64,000 nucleotides of DNA from Eledone cirrhosa. Its lineage: Eukaryota. This document shows, in pieces, positions 1-14,253 of this stretch (the first letter of the stretch is position 1; each line of letters starts with the position of its first letter). The notes below the pieces were generated by a model. It had not been told where the DNA came from. It was given only the letters and a program-made list of their open reading frames with translations, and searched no databases. The position numbers were made by a program, and so were the translations under genes. Location of the stretch: the NCBI GenBank assembly GCA_964016885.1, contig OZ024740.1, positions 385,144,001 through 385,208,000 on the forward strand, given 5' to 3'.

Positions 1-2774
1 CAATTTGCAGGCACGTACTCAGAGTAGGCCCATTCACACGGGGCATTCTTGCCTCTCTCACCCATCTTTCAACAAAATGCTGGGAAGAGATCACTTCCCT
101 TTCTACCCTGATTTTCCTGATAAAGTTAATCAGGGCATCACCGAAGAAATAAGTGCTCGTCTTCAGCCCTTTCAAACGCATCCACCATACTATCTCTTTC
201 GCCATGGCCACAAGACAGATAAAAACTGCCTACCCTTCCGGGCTAAAGGAAGTGGGCGGGGAAATCCTCACGATGGACACAGCTGATAGCCGGATCCGTC
301 CTACACGCGACAGCAGGTGTTCGACATAAACCCACAAGTCAGCAATGCTCGGACTCTGGACGAGTGCGTGTAGGACGGTTTCGTCACCCTGCACGCATCT
401 CGGACATACCCGTCTGACGGCACCTACATGCCTGTAGATTTTATCCCAAACTGGCAAAGCTCCGCGGCAACACTGCCAGTCCAGGGATTTCTGGAAATTG
501 TCCATAAGCCCTGGCCCGAAATTTCTTCCGAAGAGATTGGCTAGTTGATTTTCGTCGACGCCTAGATTTTCCCCAAGTACGTCGTCGCTCTTCCCCTCCA
601 CTAATCCTCTATAGAACGCTAAGGTGGAGTTTCCACCGATCACATTGGCCGACTGGTCGAGGGCTGTGAGCGCCTGAAGACATTCCAGTTTCCAAGCGCT
701 CCCTCTCGGTCTTCGCTTGACCCAGCACTGCAGCTCCGACAGGAGATGAGCTGGGTAAAGACCAGTCTAGCAAACGGCGACCACACCTGATCACCGTCGA
801 GGAAGAGGTGGAGATGTCACAGCCTGAGCGCATGTCTGCGCATTATCAGCCACGACATGCCCAGCCCTCCACGTAGCGGGTATTAACAGCAGATGGACCA
901 CCTGACCATCGGAGCGCGTCCCTTCCACAAAAAGCGAAAGAGCAAACGCTCCAGCGTAGTCAGGTGAGGCTTAGTACAAGGCACGACGGTCAGGCGGTAG
1001 TAGATGACGGACGCGATGTACGCATTCGCCACCTCCGCTCGACCTTTCAGGGATAAATTCCTCTCCGCCCATTTCTGGGTGAGAGAAGCCACCCTGCTCG
1101 TCACCTCGTCCCAGTTTGTCTGTCTGGATATCCAGACCGAACCAGACCCTTAGCAATTTAACCGGTCAGCCGTCCAGCACCGGACGACGCTATTGGACGG
1201 CATGGACCTACCTCTCCAGGTGCCGAGCTTCAGGCCTGCCTACTTTTCCTGGTTGATCATTGCTCCTATCACCGATTCGTAATCTCTCAGCGTAGTGCCG
1301 ATTGCCTCGATGTGTTTGCCGTTCGACACCACTACGGTGACATCGTGCGCATATGCTGACTCGGATCTTCCGCATCCTAGTTCGCGCGGGACCCCCATCA
1401 ACGTCTCCAGTTTGTTCAGTAATGGCTCGAGAGTCAATACGTACTAGAGGAACGAGAGGGGACATCCTTGACGGACCGAGCGCATGATGTTGAACGGTTC
1501 CGAAAGGTGACCATTCACTCTCACCACAGAGCAAATATCGCTGTGCACGGCAGCGATCCAGCCTCTGAAGGCCGGCCCAAAGCCAGCCGCCCGTGGGACT
1601 GCCGCCAGATAACGATGGTCGACCCTATCGAAAGCTTTCGACTGATCTAAATTGATCAAGGACCCATCCGTGCCAGGTTCCCTAGCTACCCTCTCTACGA
1701 TGTATCGCATGAGGTGGAGGTTGTCGTGGATGGATCTGTCTGGCAAGGCGCATGTCTGCGCCTCTCCCACCAGACCACCAACCACAAGCGCCAACCTCTT
1801 TTCTAGCACCTTGGCCAAAATCTTAAACTCTGTGTTTAGCAGAGTTATGGGCCTAAAATGATCTATGTTATCCCCCTTGTTCGGATCCTTTCTCAGCAGC
1901 GCCACCGCTCCTCGGCTCACAGAGTTGGGAATTCTCCCGTTCTGTTGCCAGTTGCAGTAGATGTCCGCCAAGAGGCCTTCGAACAAGTCTGGCATCTGTA
2001 CGTAAAGTTCATAGGGAAGACCATCCAAACCAGGCGATTTACCCCTCGTTCAGCCAGTCATTGCCTCCCGTACTTCAGCGGCTGTTATCGGCTTTTCGCA
2101 ACACTCCGCCTCAGTGGCCGAGAACCGTGGAAGTCCGTCGAGGCAGGCACTAAAATCCATCCCTAGATCCGGCCCGCCGCTGCCCCCAAACAGCTGAGCG
2201 AAGTGTCGCTGAAAAGCTTCACACATTTGCCCGGGATCGAGTAGCATGCGCCCGTCGTGTTCCACCAAAGAACGGATCGTGGCTTTGTTGCCACGATGCG
2301 CCTCCACCACACGGGCCCATTGAACGGCTTTCATCCCCTCGTGTCTGAGAACACCCACCCTAGCTCTGAAAACGCAGCCTTCGTGCTTTCCATTGGAGAA
2401 TTGTTCAAGGGCCAATTTCGCAAGTACGTCGGTCGCGATGCCTTTACTAAGCGCCTCGTCTAATTTTCTAACTAGTTCTGCCTCTGCTCTATTTTTCTCT
2501 GTCGCTAAAGCCTTACTAAACCTAATGGACTCTATTCTAATCGCTCTTTTCAGAGCAAACCACTATTTGTTGTTGACGTTGGCCCCCGTCAACGCCCGCT
2601 TAACTAGTTCGCTAATCCGGTCTCTGTAGGTCTTGCGCGCTGTTAATGACGCGTTTAGCTTCCAGTAGCCGGGCCCCTGTCTATGAAGCCTATCTAAGTC
2701 AACCTCACAGATCATGGATTTGTGGTCCGTGTAGTCGACTATTTTGAAATGTGGACAGCCTATGCTAGACCTAT

Positions 2775-4619
2775 CTATTTCCCTACAAAATACCCTGCTA
2801 TTGTTGTTGTTATTATTGTTGTTGTTGTAGTTACTGTTGTTGTAGCTGTTGCTATTGTTGTTGTTATTATTGTTGTTGTTGTTACTGTTGTTGTAGCTGT
2901 TGCTATCGTTGTTGTTATTATTGTTGTTATTGTTATAGTTACTGTTGTTGTAGCTGTTGCTACTGTTGTTGTTGTTATTATTGTTGTTACTATTGTAGTT
3001 GTTGTTACTGTTGTTGTAGCTGTTGCTACTGTTGTTGTTGTTACTATTGTTGTTGTAGTTACTGTTGTTGAAGGTGTTGCTATTGTTGTTGTTACTGTTG
3101 TAGCTGTTGCTATTGTTGTTGTTATTGTTGTTGTTACTGTTGTAGTTGTCTTAACATTTTTGTTTATTTGCTTATTTGTTTCCCCCTGCATTTTGTTTTT
3201 GGAAGGCGAAGGAAGACAATTTTTTTTCTTTTTGGGGTTCTTTTTTTCTTTTTCTTTTTTCCCGATACAGTTTCCCACTCCTCCTCATCGTCACAATCTG
3301 TCTCCTGTTACGATAGGTCGGAGAGTAGAAAAATCCTCCACAGACGTTGGTTTTGGTTGTGGCGTGGTGGATGGTGTAGGCGCTGGTGCTAATTCTGGCG
3401 AGTTGGGTGGTGGCGGTGTTGGTTTTGCTACAGTTGTTGGGGTTGTTGCTGCTACAGTTGCTTCTGTTGTTGATGCTACAGTCGTTGCTGCCATTTCTGC
3501 TGCTGGTGGTGTTGATGGTTGAGTCACTGGGGTGGGTAAGAGAGGTGGCCTCAACCTTTTAGCCTGAGGGCAGAAAGCCCTTAGGTGGGTTCCTTCACCA
3601 CAAACGACACACCTAGGCCTTCTGCCCTCGACGAATGCGGTGAGGTGGCTGCCGTCAGTGAGGTCTATTACCTCTGGGATCTCCTCAATGCTTTTCTGGT
3701 CCGCTTGGATCAGGAGCTCCATCCAGGATCCGGACCAGTTCCTCCTGCTTTTCTTTTGTTACCTCAATTATTTTCGTGTTTGCCTCGATGTCGGCGACGA
3801 CGGCAGCCATTAGCCAGGGAATTTCGATGGCCGGCGGAACGTGGGTCACCCTGATCTTCACGAGTTTCTGACCACAATAGCTTGGGACGAGTGTGAACTC
3901 GTCACTTCTTAATGAGGCCATGGAGTGCTCTCTGGCTTCCTGTGGGGTTCCAAAGAACACATCCACGGTTCCATATTTTTGCCCACGTCTGATGTGGGTT
4001 TTTTTGGCCCACACATGTCCCAAAGCTTTTGGGATTTGGGACTGGGATGCCCGTTCCACTCGGCACGATTTTCTGTTAATTGTCCGATAAGACACGGTGC
4101 ATAGACGACGATGCTCCATTTTATTAGGTGGGGTTTGAGGCTGACCCTATACCCATCTTTCTTTACCATTCCTTTGGCTTCTTCTAATTGCTCCTGAGTT
4201 ACCTGGATCGCTTCGCACATTTTTGCTACTCTGGCAAAACTCAGGGTAGTTTTCTTGATTTCATCGTTGCTGTTGTTGTTATCGTTATTTTTGTTATTGT
4301 TAATTTTAGTTTCAGTTGTGGTGGTGGTGGTGGCGTCAGTGGTGTTCGGTGTGGAAGAGTTCATTTTAGTTGAATTCATTTCGATATCACGAGTTAATTT
4401 TTTTTTCTTTTGTTTCTGTTGTCGCTGTGGTTGTGGTTGGGTGGCGGCTTTAACACCTGCAGTCATTGGTAATGGCGGGAAATGAACGTCTGCCTGAGAC
4501 AAATTTAAAATATTGCTACTGCATACATTTCCAGTGTTGGCAAACGTAGCAATATTTACAATGGTGGTGTCTGTGTGAGGTATTAGTTTGTGAGAAAGGA
4601 GTGACTCTGAGTCATCCAA
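2775..4619 (-). pseudogene. ORF1 (gag-like) of Tx1 copy A, split over several frames
   Basis: CVVCGEGTHLRAFC (CX2CX4HX4C) in ORF 3291-3722, Pro/Thr-rich linker, basic patch; matches ORF 14254-15261. Confidence 0.8.
2797..3150. repeat. Degenerate (GTT/ATT/ACT) trinucleotide tract with higher-order repeat, Thr-rich on the minus strand
   Basis: Recurring unit gttactgttgttgtagctgttgcta; translates as TTTIATATTTV repeats. Confidence 0.9.
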
Positions 4620-4754
4620 GATTTTTCAAAGAAAAATTTTGGTTTGATAATTATAAAAAGTTTAAATTTTGGACTCAAGGCCCCAATATTTTTGAGTGTC
4701 TTTTTCAGAAATCAATGTATGTGCACTTATATACAGTTAACAATAAAAAAAAAA

Positions 4755-5733
4755 CGTCCTGAATATCTGAGGCTGAAGGTAATGGCTTGATATTCATTTC
4801 AACAAACTTTCCAGTTAACTAACATCAATGACTGAGACTCAAAGAATAATAATAATAAAAAGAGGAAATAACAACAAGGAGAAAGAGCAGCCTTCAGGAA
4901 AAATCCCTTCATAGTACCTTCTTTGAGAAAACTGGATCAGAGATCCACAGACATTGAACTGGTTGAAAAGAAGAGACCTTAAAAAGGCTACAGAAGGAAA
5001 GCTTATGGCTGCTCAAGAGCAGGCCCTCAAAACGAAGTGGTTGAAACACCATATTTACAAGGAGGAGGCTAGCCCACTGTGCAGGATCTGTGGAGAGAGA
5101 GAGGAGAGACTGTGGCTCACATTGTATCCGAGTGTAAACACCTAGCCCAGACTCACTATAAGGGCTGGATACATGATGTGATGGGCAGGGTGATCCACTG
5201 GCACCTATGCAAAGTAAACAATTTACCACATTCTGAGAAGTGGTATGAGCATAAGCCAGAGTTGGTGATAGAAAACGATCAGGTGAAGGTGCTGTGGGAT
5301 TTTAGAATACAGACGGACAAGAAACTGGAACACAATAGACTTGACCTGGTGGTTTTGGACAAGGAAAAAAGATCGTGCCTGATTGTGGACGTGGCCTGCC
5401 CATTTGACACGAAAGTGAAAGAGAAGGAGAGGGAGAAAATTAACCGATACCAGGGCTTAAAGTGGGAGGTAAAAAGGATTTGGAACTTCCATGAAGTCAA
5501 AGTGGTCCCGATTGTCATAGACGCACAAAATCATACTATCTCAAAATGTTTCCAAGGATGGTTAAAGAAAATTGGCCCCGCCACGCTTTTTGGAACGCTT
5601 CAAAAGGCATGCTTGCTGGGAACAGCAAGAACCCTCCGATAAGTCCTGAATATCTGAGGCTGCAGGTAGTGACTTGATATTCATTTCAACAAACTTTCCA
5701 GTTAACTAACATCAATGACTGAGACTCAAAGAA
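4755..5733 (+). mobile_element. Two tandem 5'-truncated R4/Dong-like RLE LINE 3' ends (4755-4845 and 4858-5733), each followed by (AAT)n
   Basis: LCRICGER, ETVAHIVSEC, HD, RLDLVVLDK..IVDVACPFD..EKINRY; same family as 34361-36810; 3' UTR present twice. Confidence 0.9.
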
Positions 5734-5748
5734 CAATAATAATAATAA

Positions 5749-5810
5749 TGCTTTCTTTATTAACCACAATGGGTTTACCTGAAGAAATCATTAAACAAGG
5801 CACAGGATAA
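5749..5810 (-). mobile_element. Short 3' terminus of a Tx1-like element inside the (AAT)n tail of the Dong-like copy
   Basis: tgctttctttattaaccacaatgggtttac matches tgatttctttattaaccacaagggtttac at 11291. Confidence 0.7.
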
Positions 5811-6424
5811 AAAAATTGAGTGTGTCTCTGTGTGCACGCACGCATGTATGTGTGTGTCCGTGTGTAAGATTTGGGTTGCTAGTAATAATATCCTAGCAGC
5901 TACACGTGTGTACCACTGTTCCATCATCAAACTAAAAAGATTCCTGAAAATAAATGTTTTATATATTTTATTAGACGGATTCATTACTATGACTGATACA
6001 ATCATAGCCAAAAATGCATACAGCTACTGATAGCCCTTTGTCTTCTCAAGAAACTGTAGTACAAAGGAGAACACATCGACAAGATTATTCAGCGACGACG
6101 AGACAAAGGATAGGGACAAAAGAAATTAATTTGAACGTTGTCAGATACTACTTTAAAACCATTATATTTACTCCAACGTTATACAGACGATCAATGTATC
6201 GATACCAGAAACAAATATATACAGATGCAAATTGCGCAGAACTGTGAATTGCCGATCAGAAAAAATATTTCATTGCGCGGACAATACTAAAATACACAGT
6301 AACTGTGGACATTATCTTGCCAAGCTATAAACTGACGCAGTAAACAATGAGTATTCAAATTTATTTGGTGCTGCTGTAAACAAGGAAAAAGTTGATGATA
6401 GTGATGATGGTGATTGTGATGACA

Positions 6425-6800
6425 ATGGTTTCTAAGTTAGGAACAAGGTTAGCAATATTGGGAGAGGAGATGTCAATTACATCGACCCAGTACTTGACTG
6501 GTACTTTATTTTATCAACCCTGGAGGGATGAAAATCAAAATGACCTAAGTAGCATTGAACCTCAGAGAAAAATTACAAATCGCTTTGTCCAACACTCTAA
6601 CGATTCTGTCACCCATAATAGCATTGATAATAGCAATAGTAATACTACTGCTAAGGCAACATATTGGCAGAGTCGTTAAAACGTCGGATTGAATGCATTT
6701 CATTCCGCTTCTCTGCGTTCTGAATTCAAATCCTGCCGTGATCACATTTGCCTTTCATCCTTCCAAGGTCAATAAAGTACCAGTCCCGTACTGGTGTCAA
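6425..6800. mobile_element. Two divergently oriented tRNA-derived SINE copies (about 6425-6610 minus; 6652-6800 plus)
   Basis: A box tggcagagtcgtt, B box gaattcaaatcc, core gcctttcatccttccaaggtcaataaagtaccag. Confidence 0.8.
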
Positions 6801-7299
6801 TTTTCTATATTTTTCGCATTTCCTCTCTACACTCTCTTTCCTTACTCTGGAAGAAATTGGCCGTATTCAGATCTGGAGAAGGGATGGTCACCCCCCAGGT
6901 TTGAAGAAAATTCCCGAGAACCACAGTATGTCACACCGGCGTCCCTACGACTCTACCAGGAGTTAAGTTTAAAAGAAGACTAGTACAACTACTACTGATC
7001 GGCGTAACATGAGCAATATTAACAATGTAGAGTCTACACTGTTAACATTATTGATGCTACGCTGTAACAAGGACCGCTTTCTGTCATCACATCTCTCCAG
7101 TGACAGTAAATATGTCCTCTGCCATTGTTAGAAGTCGGCATCATACCATAGCAACTGAACGTAAATTTCACAAACCTCTATTACTTGTAGAGGCATGTTC
7201 AAAGAGACAGTATTTTAAATATAAACATAGATTAAGGGACGCTGTTGGCAATATACAATGGTAGATAATAAACAACAAAATTACGACATATAATTCGAT

Positions 7300-8580
7300 T
7301 ACTCAGCTAAACAATTTTCTATACGATCCATACTGACAAAAATAGACCGCACGAAATTAAATAAACAATGTATCTCAACAAAAGACAGCAGGTTCTAAAA
7401 TAGAACAGACAGCTGGGAGAATAAGTTTAAGTATAGAATAGATATGCTACACGGCGAAGCAAGTATAATAACTAAATGACACTATATAACCCGTCTAAAA
7501 AATGTAACGTATGATGATATAATATAATATAAACGGCAAACAAACATGACTAGAAACACTGGAATTGTTGAAATAATATTTTTTTTAGTTTTAAATAATA
7601 TATTAGAAAATTATAACATTCGAAAAACAGTAGTCACAAAAACATGTTTTTGATAACAACTCGCAAACTTTCTATAGGATGATACGCGGAAACAATATAG
7701 AAATTGTTAAGAAACCCACTAAACACACTAGAAACATTTTGGAAACGTATTTGTGAGAATGGCTCACTGAGTATAATAAAGATAATATATTATTATTAGG
7801 AGTATGTAGCAACAATAGAAATGCAAAAAAAAAAATACACCTTCACAAAGCACCTTAATTTGAGGCTTATTTAAACAGCTTTGGAAACTGAAAAAGTCCT
7901 GGAATTGGCATCCTTTAAAAATATTGCTGTTTGCCATTCGACATATAGCACGACCTGGTAATAAACATTTTCAACACCTTCTTAAATAACCCTCATGATG
8001 TGTATAGATGCTTCCTTGTCGATAGGTCAACAATAATCCCCAATAATATGCAAGTACATACCAATCTAATCATATTCGGTAATCTATAAACAGCTTTCCA
8101 AAATACTATGCAAGATGATAAATGAACAAAAGAAAACAATGTAATACTTATAAAGCAAAAGGTGTGTACACCCAAGTACTACGGACCGATTTGTTAGTTC
8201 CTTGTCAACAGAATCCTTCTTGTTGATACTAAGATAAAAAAAATAAATTGACATGTATCTGGATCGAATACAGAAAAAGCTCTGATTCCATTCTCACACG
8301 AGTGACTTCTCAAAATGTCGGAAGTATATCAATTTGACGACACCATGATGAATGTTATTAAAACAAGAATAAAAACGAAGCAGACAGTTCTTACGATCAC
8401 TAATACCATGTTTGCAAGCAGAGAAATAACTCCTGGGATATTCTAAGGGAACAGTATTTCGGGTCTCCTTTTCATTATGTGCTTATTACTTTTAAGCTAG
8501 CTAATACAAAAAAAAAACAATTACATAAGGAGAGAAGGGACCAAGCTTACATGGATTATCAATTATCTTCCCTTCGTGAA
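7300..8580 (+). mobile_element. Highly decayed R4/Dong-like RT relic
   Basis: Residual motifs KSPG (about 7893), WIEYRK (about 8260) and GIF.G.SISGLLF (about 8436); no open frame. Confidence 0.5.
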
Positions 8581-8599
8581 TAAACTTGAGGACAGCATA

Positions 8600-9980
8600 C
8601 AGGTATCGACCCTATTGAATAGTTCGACCCTATTGAAAGCTTTCAATTGATCTAAATTGATCAGAGCCCTACCCTCTCTATATTGTATCGCATAAGGCGG
8701 TGGTCGTTTTGAGTGTACCTCGTCGGAATTGCGCACATCTGCGCCTCTTTTACATGGCTCTTGACAACAATCGCCAACCTCGTTGCTAGTACATTGGCCA
8801 ACATCTTAAACTCTCTGCTACTGTTATCGGCTTTTCGCAACATTCTGCATCAGTCGCCAAGAGTCTCGGCAGGCCGTCGAGGTAGGAACTGAAGTCCACC
8901 AATATCCCTGCCTCCGCTCCCCCGAACAGTTGTGGAATGTGCTGGCGAATCGACCAGTGTGCGCTTGTCGGTCCGTCAAAGACCGAATTGTGGTTTTGTT
9001 GCCACGCTGCGCCTTGGCCACTCGGGCACATCAAACAGCTTTCGTCCCCTCGTTTCTTAGAGCACATACCATAGCTCTGACAATGCAGGCTTCATATTTC
9101 GCATTGAAGAAATGCTACTTCTAATCACCTTTTCTAATTTAACTACTAACTCATCCTCCTTTTTAGTATTTTCTATCGCCACTTCTTTACTAAAATCTAC
9201 TGATTCTACTCCAATCTCTCTTTGTGAGCACTCCAACACCTGTTGTTGACGATATCCATGTCAACTTTCGCTTAATTAATGTATTGATCCAGTCTTTGTA
9301 GTCTTTACTCACCGAGAACGATGCGTTGAGCTTCTAGTAACTAGGCCCCTGTCTACGTGTTCTATTTAAATCGACCAAGCAGCTCACGAACTTGTGATCT
9401 GAATAGGTGTCTGTTTGGAATTGTGGACACCCTATGTTATCTCTACGTGCTAACCTAATAAAACACCTATCTATATATGACCTAGATGACTTTATGTGTT
9501 TGGTCCAGGTACACACCGGCGCATTCGAGAAATCTAATTGTACCTGTCAGATATTGGGGATTTCCTTATCAGGTTCTTGAAGCTTTTGCACCACCTGCTT
9601 GTATCTGCTACTCCGACACAATTCCAGCGTGCGTGGAAGATGCTGTCTCAGTACCCCGTTAATAGGAAATGTCGAGACGTCCTTAGAAAGGCTTCTAGAT
9701 GCCTGAAGAAAGCCGGACGTCCAACCCCGGTCGGGGCGTTGACGGCCAACAGTCTAAAGGCACCACCTTTACTACTCACGTCCAGGATTACAAACTTACC
9801 ATCGGGTCCAGGAAAATCGTCCGTACCTTGAAGTCCCGACCTTTCCTAATCAGCACTGCCACCTCTGCTTCCCTTTCCGTGCCAACTAAGAAATGTGATA
9901 GAGTGGAGATGCGATAAACTTCAGGAGCTTGATGGAAAAACCAGGAGAATGATGACACTACTAGGGCTGTACACTGCAAA
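8600..9980 (-). mobile_element. Decayed Tx1-like ORF2 fragment of a diverged subfamily retaining the APE endonuclease and RT start
   Basis: VAVLIRKG, TWTKH..SRSYIDR..YSDHKFV, FKMLANVLATRL, KAFNRV. Confidence 0.8.
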
Positions 9981-9984
9981 AGTG

Positions 9985-11035
9985 ACGAGGACAGGTTTTA
10001 TCCATCACGACAGAGAGAAGGAAGTGGTCTCATTAGCTGTAAAATATATGTGAAGTCGAAGGACGATAATCTAACATGGTATGTATAAAATTGATAGGAG
10101 AGATTGATGGCAATAATAAGAAATATATACGTGCTAAACAGTGATGAAGCAAAGGAAAAGGGAGAATTTAAACAAGACAGACAAAATTACACATTGAATA
10201 GATGGAAGAAAAAATGTATGGTTAATTCTTACGTGAAATACTTGAGACAGTTGACAAAGATAGGAACTGAGAATGGACGTGACTTAAAAGTTGAAACTGG
10301 GGACCTTATTTTTGCAGCACAGAGACAGGCACCAAGAACGAACTATATCAAGTTCAATATTGACAGTCAGTGTATTCCACTTTGTAGGATGTGCGGGGAG
10401 AAAGGTGAGACAATAAACCACATTATTAGTGAATGTAAGATGCTTTCTCAGAAGGAGTACAAGAGAAGGTACGACAACATTGTCAGATTGGTTCATTGGA
10501 AGCTCCGTCATAAGTATGACATGAGCAGAAGTGAGAAATGGTAGGAACACCAACTGGAAAGGGTTGCTGAAAATAAACAGTATAAGATCTTGTGGGGCAT
10601 GACTATCTAGTGCGACCATCTTATAGAGGCTAGAAAGCCTGAGGTTTTTGTCGTAGAGAAAAGAATAACGAGAAATGTATTGGGGATATTGCTTCACAGT
10701 GGAGCCACAGGAGGAATGAGATGGAAAGTGAGTAAATTGAGAAATACCACGAGCTGAAGAGAGAAATTAGGAAACTGTGGAGAATCAGACGCGTAGAACT
10801 GGTACCGATTATAGTTGGTGCACTGGGAGCAGTTAGTAGAGTTTTGATGCAAGGTTTGGGGAGCTAGGAATTATCATCAGGACAACATGTTTGCAGGAAA
10901 CAACAAGGATTCTAAGAAGGGTGTCGGAAAGTTGAAGGAAAAGGAATGACACAAAGGACGTTTGACCATTGGCTGTGGCTCACACTCTTGGTATAATATT
11001 GGTATAGCATCTGCCAGAGAAAAAGTGTTACGAAT
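9985..11035 (+). mobile_element. Decayed R4/Dong-like 3' fragment
   Basis: PLCRMCGEKGETINHIISECKMLSQKEYKRRYD, then RLE remnant (VPIIVGALG); ends in (AAT)n. Confidence 0.82.
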
Positions 11036-11042
11036 AATAATA

Positions 11043-11240
11043 ATTGTTTCTACCTTTGGCACAAGGCCAGCAATTAACCCAGTACATTACTGGTACTTTC
11101 TTTTATCGACCATGTAAGGATGAAAGGCAAAGTTAACCTCGGCGGGATTTGAACTCAGTTCGTAAAGGGGCGTAACTATGCTGGAAAGCATGTCGTCGAA
11201 CCCCCTACCGATACGGCCAATCCACTGTCAATCCACGAAC
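11043..11240 (-). mobile_element. tRNA-derived SINE flanked by (AAT)n
   Basis: Same sequence as the 21.6-22.6 kb copies; B box gagttcaaatcc on the minus strand. Confidence 0.85.
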
Positions 11241-11261
11241 AATAATAATAATAATAATAAC

Positions 11262-11293
<32 letters not shown>

Positions 11294-11545
11294 TTTCTTT
11301 ATTAACCACAAGGGTTTACATAAAGTAGACATTAAGGACAGTGCAGGACAATACAGTACGGTACAAATGGGCATTTCTGCGTGTAAAAAAACAAAAAAAA
11401 CAGAGGGTGTAACAAAAAATAACAATGAAAAATTCCCCAATAGGGGGGAGACTTCGGAGGGACATTTGTGGAGAAAGCCAAATAAAAAGCCACAATGACC
11501 CTGACCACCAAGGCAAGTGCCCTCTCCCAGTTTTCCACCTTTAAT

Positions 11546-14250
11546 TTACAGATATATACTCAGAGTAGGCCCATTCACTCGGGCCATTCTTGCTTCTCTC
11601 ACCCATCTTTCAACAAAATGCTGGGAAGAGAGCACTTCCCTCTCTACTCTGATTTTCCTTTTCAAATGGAATTTGAAAAAGTCAATCAGGGCATCACCGA
11701 AGAAATAAGTGCTCGTCTTCAACCCTTTCAAACGTGTCCACCATACTATCTCTTTCGCCATGGCCACCAGACAGATAAAAACTGCCTGCCCTTCCCGGCT
11801 AAAGGAAGAGGGCGGGGCAATCCTCACGATGGACTCAGATGATAGCCGGATCCGTCCTAAACGCGACAGCAGGTGTTCGACATAAACCCACAAGTCAGCA
11901 ATTTTCGGACACTGCACGAGTGCGTGCAGGACGGTTTCGTCGCCCTGCGCGCATCTCGGACATGCCCGGCTGACGGCACCTCCATGCCTGTAGAGTTTAT
12001 CCCGAACTGGCAAGGCTCCTCAGTAGCACTGCCTGGCCAGATATTTCTAGAAGTTGTCCATAGGCCCTGGCCCGAAAGTTCTTCCGAAGAGATTGGCTAG
12101 TTGATTTTCGTCGACGCCTAGAGTTTCCCCAAGTACGTCGTCGCTCTTCCCCTCCACTAATCCTCTATAGAACGCCGAGGTGTAGTTTCCACCGATCACA
12201 TTGCCCGATTGGTCGAGGGCTGTGAGCGCCTGAAGACATTCCAGTCTCCAGGCGCTCCCTCTCAGTCTTCGCTTGACCCAGGACTGCAGCTCCGTTAAGG
12301 AAACGAGCTGGGGAAATACGTGTCTAGCACACGGCGACCACACCTGATCACCGTCGAGGAAGAGGTGGAGATGTCGTAGCCTGATGGCGTGCCTGCGCAT
12401 CATCAGCCACGGCATGCCCAGCCCTCCACGTAGCGGGTGTTGACAACAGATGGACCGCCTCACCATCGGAGCGCGTCCCTTCCACAAAAAGCGAAAGAGC
12501 AAACGCTCCAACGCAGTCAGGCGAGGCTTAGGACAAGGTACGACGGTCAGGCAGTAGCAGATGACAGACGCGATGTACGCGTTAGCCACCTCCGCTCGAC
12601 CTTTCAGGGATAGCTTCCTCTCGGCCCATTTCTGGGTGAGAGAAGCCACCCTGCTCGTCACCTCGTCCCAGTTTTTGTCCGTCTGGAGGTCCGGACCGAA
12701 CCAGACCCCGAGCAATTTAACTGATCCGTCCGTCCAGCGCCCGACGACGCTGTTGGACGGCATGGACCTGCCTCTCCAGGTGCCGAGCTGCAGGCCCACT
12801 GACTTTTCCTGGTTGATCATTGCTCCTGTCACCGCTTCGTATTCTCTTAGTGTAGTGCCGATCGCCTCGATGTGTTTGGCGTTCGACACCACTACGGTGA
12901 CATCGTCCTCATATGCTGACACGGATCTTCCGCATCCTAGTTCGCGCGGGACGCCCCTCAACGTCTCCAGTTTGTGCAGTAATGGCTCGAGAGTCAATAC
13001 TTACAAGAGGGACGAGAGGGGACATCCTTGGCGGACCGAGCGCATGATGTTGAACGGTTCCGAAAGGTGGCCGTTCACTCTCACCACAGAGCATATGTCG
13101 CTGTGCATGGCAGCGATCCAGCCTCTGAAGACGGGCCCAAAGCCAGCCGCACTCAGGACTGCCGCTAGGTAACGATGGTCAACCCTATCGAAAGCTTTCG
13201 ACTTATCTAAATTGATCAAGGGCCCACCCGTGCCAGGTTCCCTAGCTACCCTCTCTACGATGTATCGCATGAGGTGGAGGTTGTCGTGGATGGATCTGTC
13301 GGGAATGGCGCATGTCTGCGCCTCTCCCACTAGGCCACCAACGACAAGCGCCAACCTCTTTGCTAGCACCTTAGCCAAAATCTTGAACTCTGTGTTTAAC
13401 AGAGTTATTGGCCTAAAATTATCTATGTTATCCACCTTGTCCGGATCCTTTCTCAGCAGCGCCACCGCTCCTCGGCTCACAGAACTGGGAATTCTCCCGT
13501 TCTGTTGCCAGTTGCAGTAGATGTCCGCCAAGAGGCCTCTCAACAAGTCTGGCATCTGTACATAAAGTTCATAAGGCAGACCATCCAAACCAGGCGATTT
13601 ACCCCTTGTGCAGCTAGTCATTGCCTCCCGTACTTCAGCGGCTGTTATCGGCTTTTCGCAACACTCCGCCTCAGTGGCCGAGAGCCGCGGCAGTCCGTCG
13701 AGGTAGACACTAAAGTCCATCCCTCGATCCGGCCCGCCGCTGCCCCCGAACAACTGAGCGAAGTGTCGCTGAAAAGCTTCACACATTTGCCCGGGATCGA
13801 GTAGCATGCGCCCGTCGTGGTCCACCAAAGACCGGATCGTGGCTTTGTTGCCACGATGCGCCTCCGCTACTCGGGCCCAGTGAAAGGCTTTCGTCCCCTC
13901 GTGTCTGAGAGCACGCACCCTAGCTCTGACAACGCAGCCTTCGTGCTTTGCATTGAAGAATTGATCAAGGTCAAATTTCGCCGCAAGTACGTCGGTCGCG
14001 TTGCCTTTGCTAAGTGCCTCGTCTAATTTTCTAACTAATTCCCCCCTCTGCTCTATTTTTCTCTATTTTTAAAGCCTTACTAAACCTAATCGATTCTATT
14101 CTAATTGCTCTTTTCAGAGCAAATCACCACTTGTTGTTGACGATGGACCCCGTCAACGCCCGCTTAACTAGTTCGCTAATCCGGTCTCTGTAGGCCTTGC
14201 GCGCTGGTAAAGACGCGTTTAGCTTCCAGTAGCCGGGTCCTCGTCTATGT
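11546..14250 (-). pseudogene. ORF2 (RT plus C-terminal CCHC) of Tx1 copy B, interrupted by in-frame stops
   Basis: KSPGLDGLPYE, KAFDRVDH, RQGCPLS, YEDD, CPRCAQGDETVLHALVQC. Confidence 0.88.
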
Positions 14251-14253
14251 AAC

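Larger units (their letters stand above)
1..4745 (-). mobile_element. Tx1/L1-like non-LTR retrotransposon, copy A (frameshifted; most of the APE endonuclease deleted; 3' end runs off the window)
   Basis: ORF2 pieces: FRPITLLNTEFKILAK, LINLDQSKAFDRVDH, VRQGCPLS, AYAHDV and C-terminal CPRC..ETVLHAL. ORF1 pieces carry a CCHC knuckle. Colinear with copy B at 11291-15750. Confidence 0.92.

Noticed and set aside
2722-3522. Val-rich membrane-protein-like ORF
   Set aside because: Antisense reading of the Thr-repeat tract.
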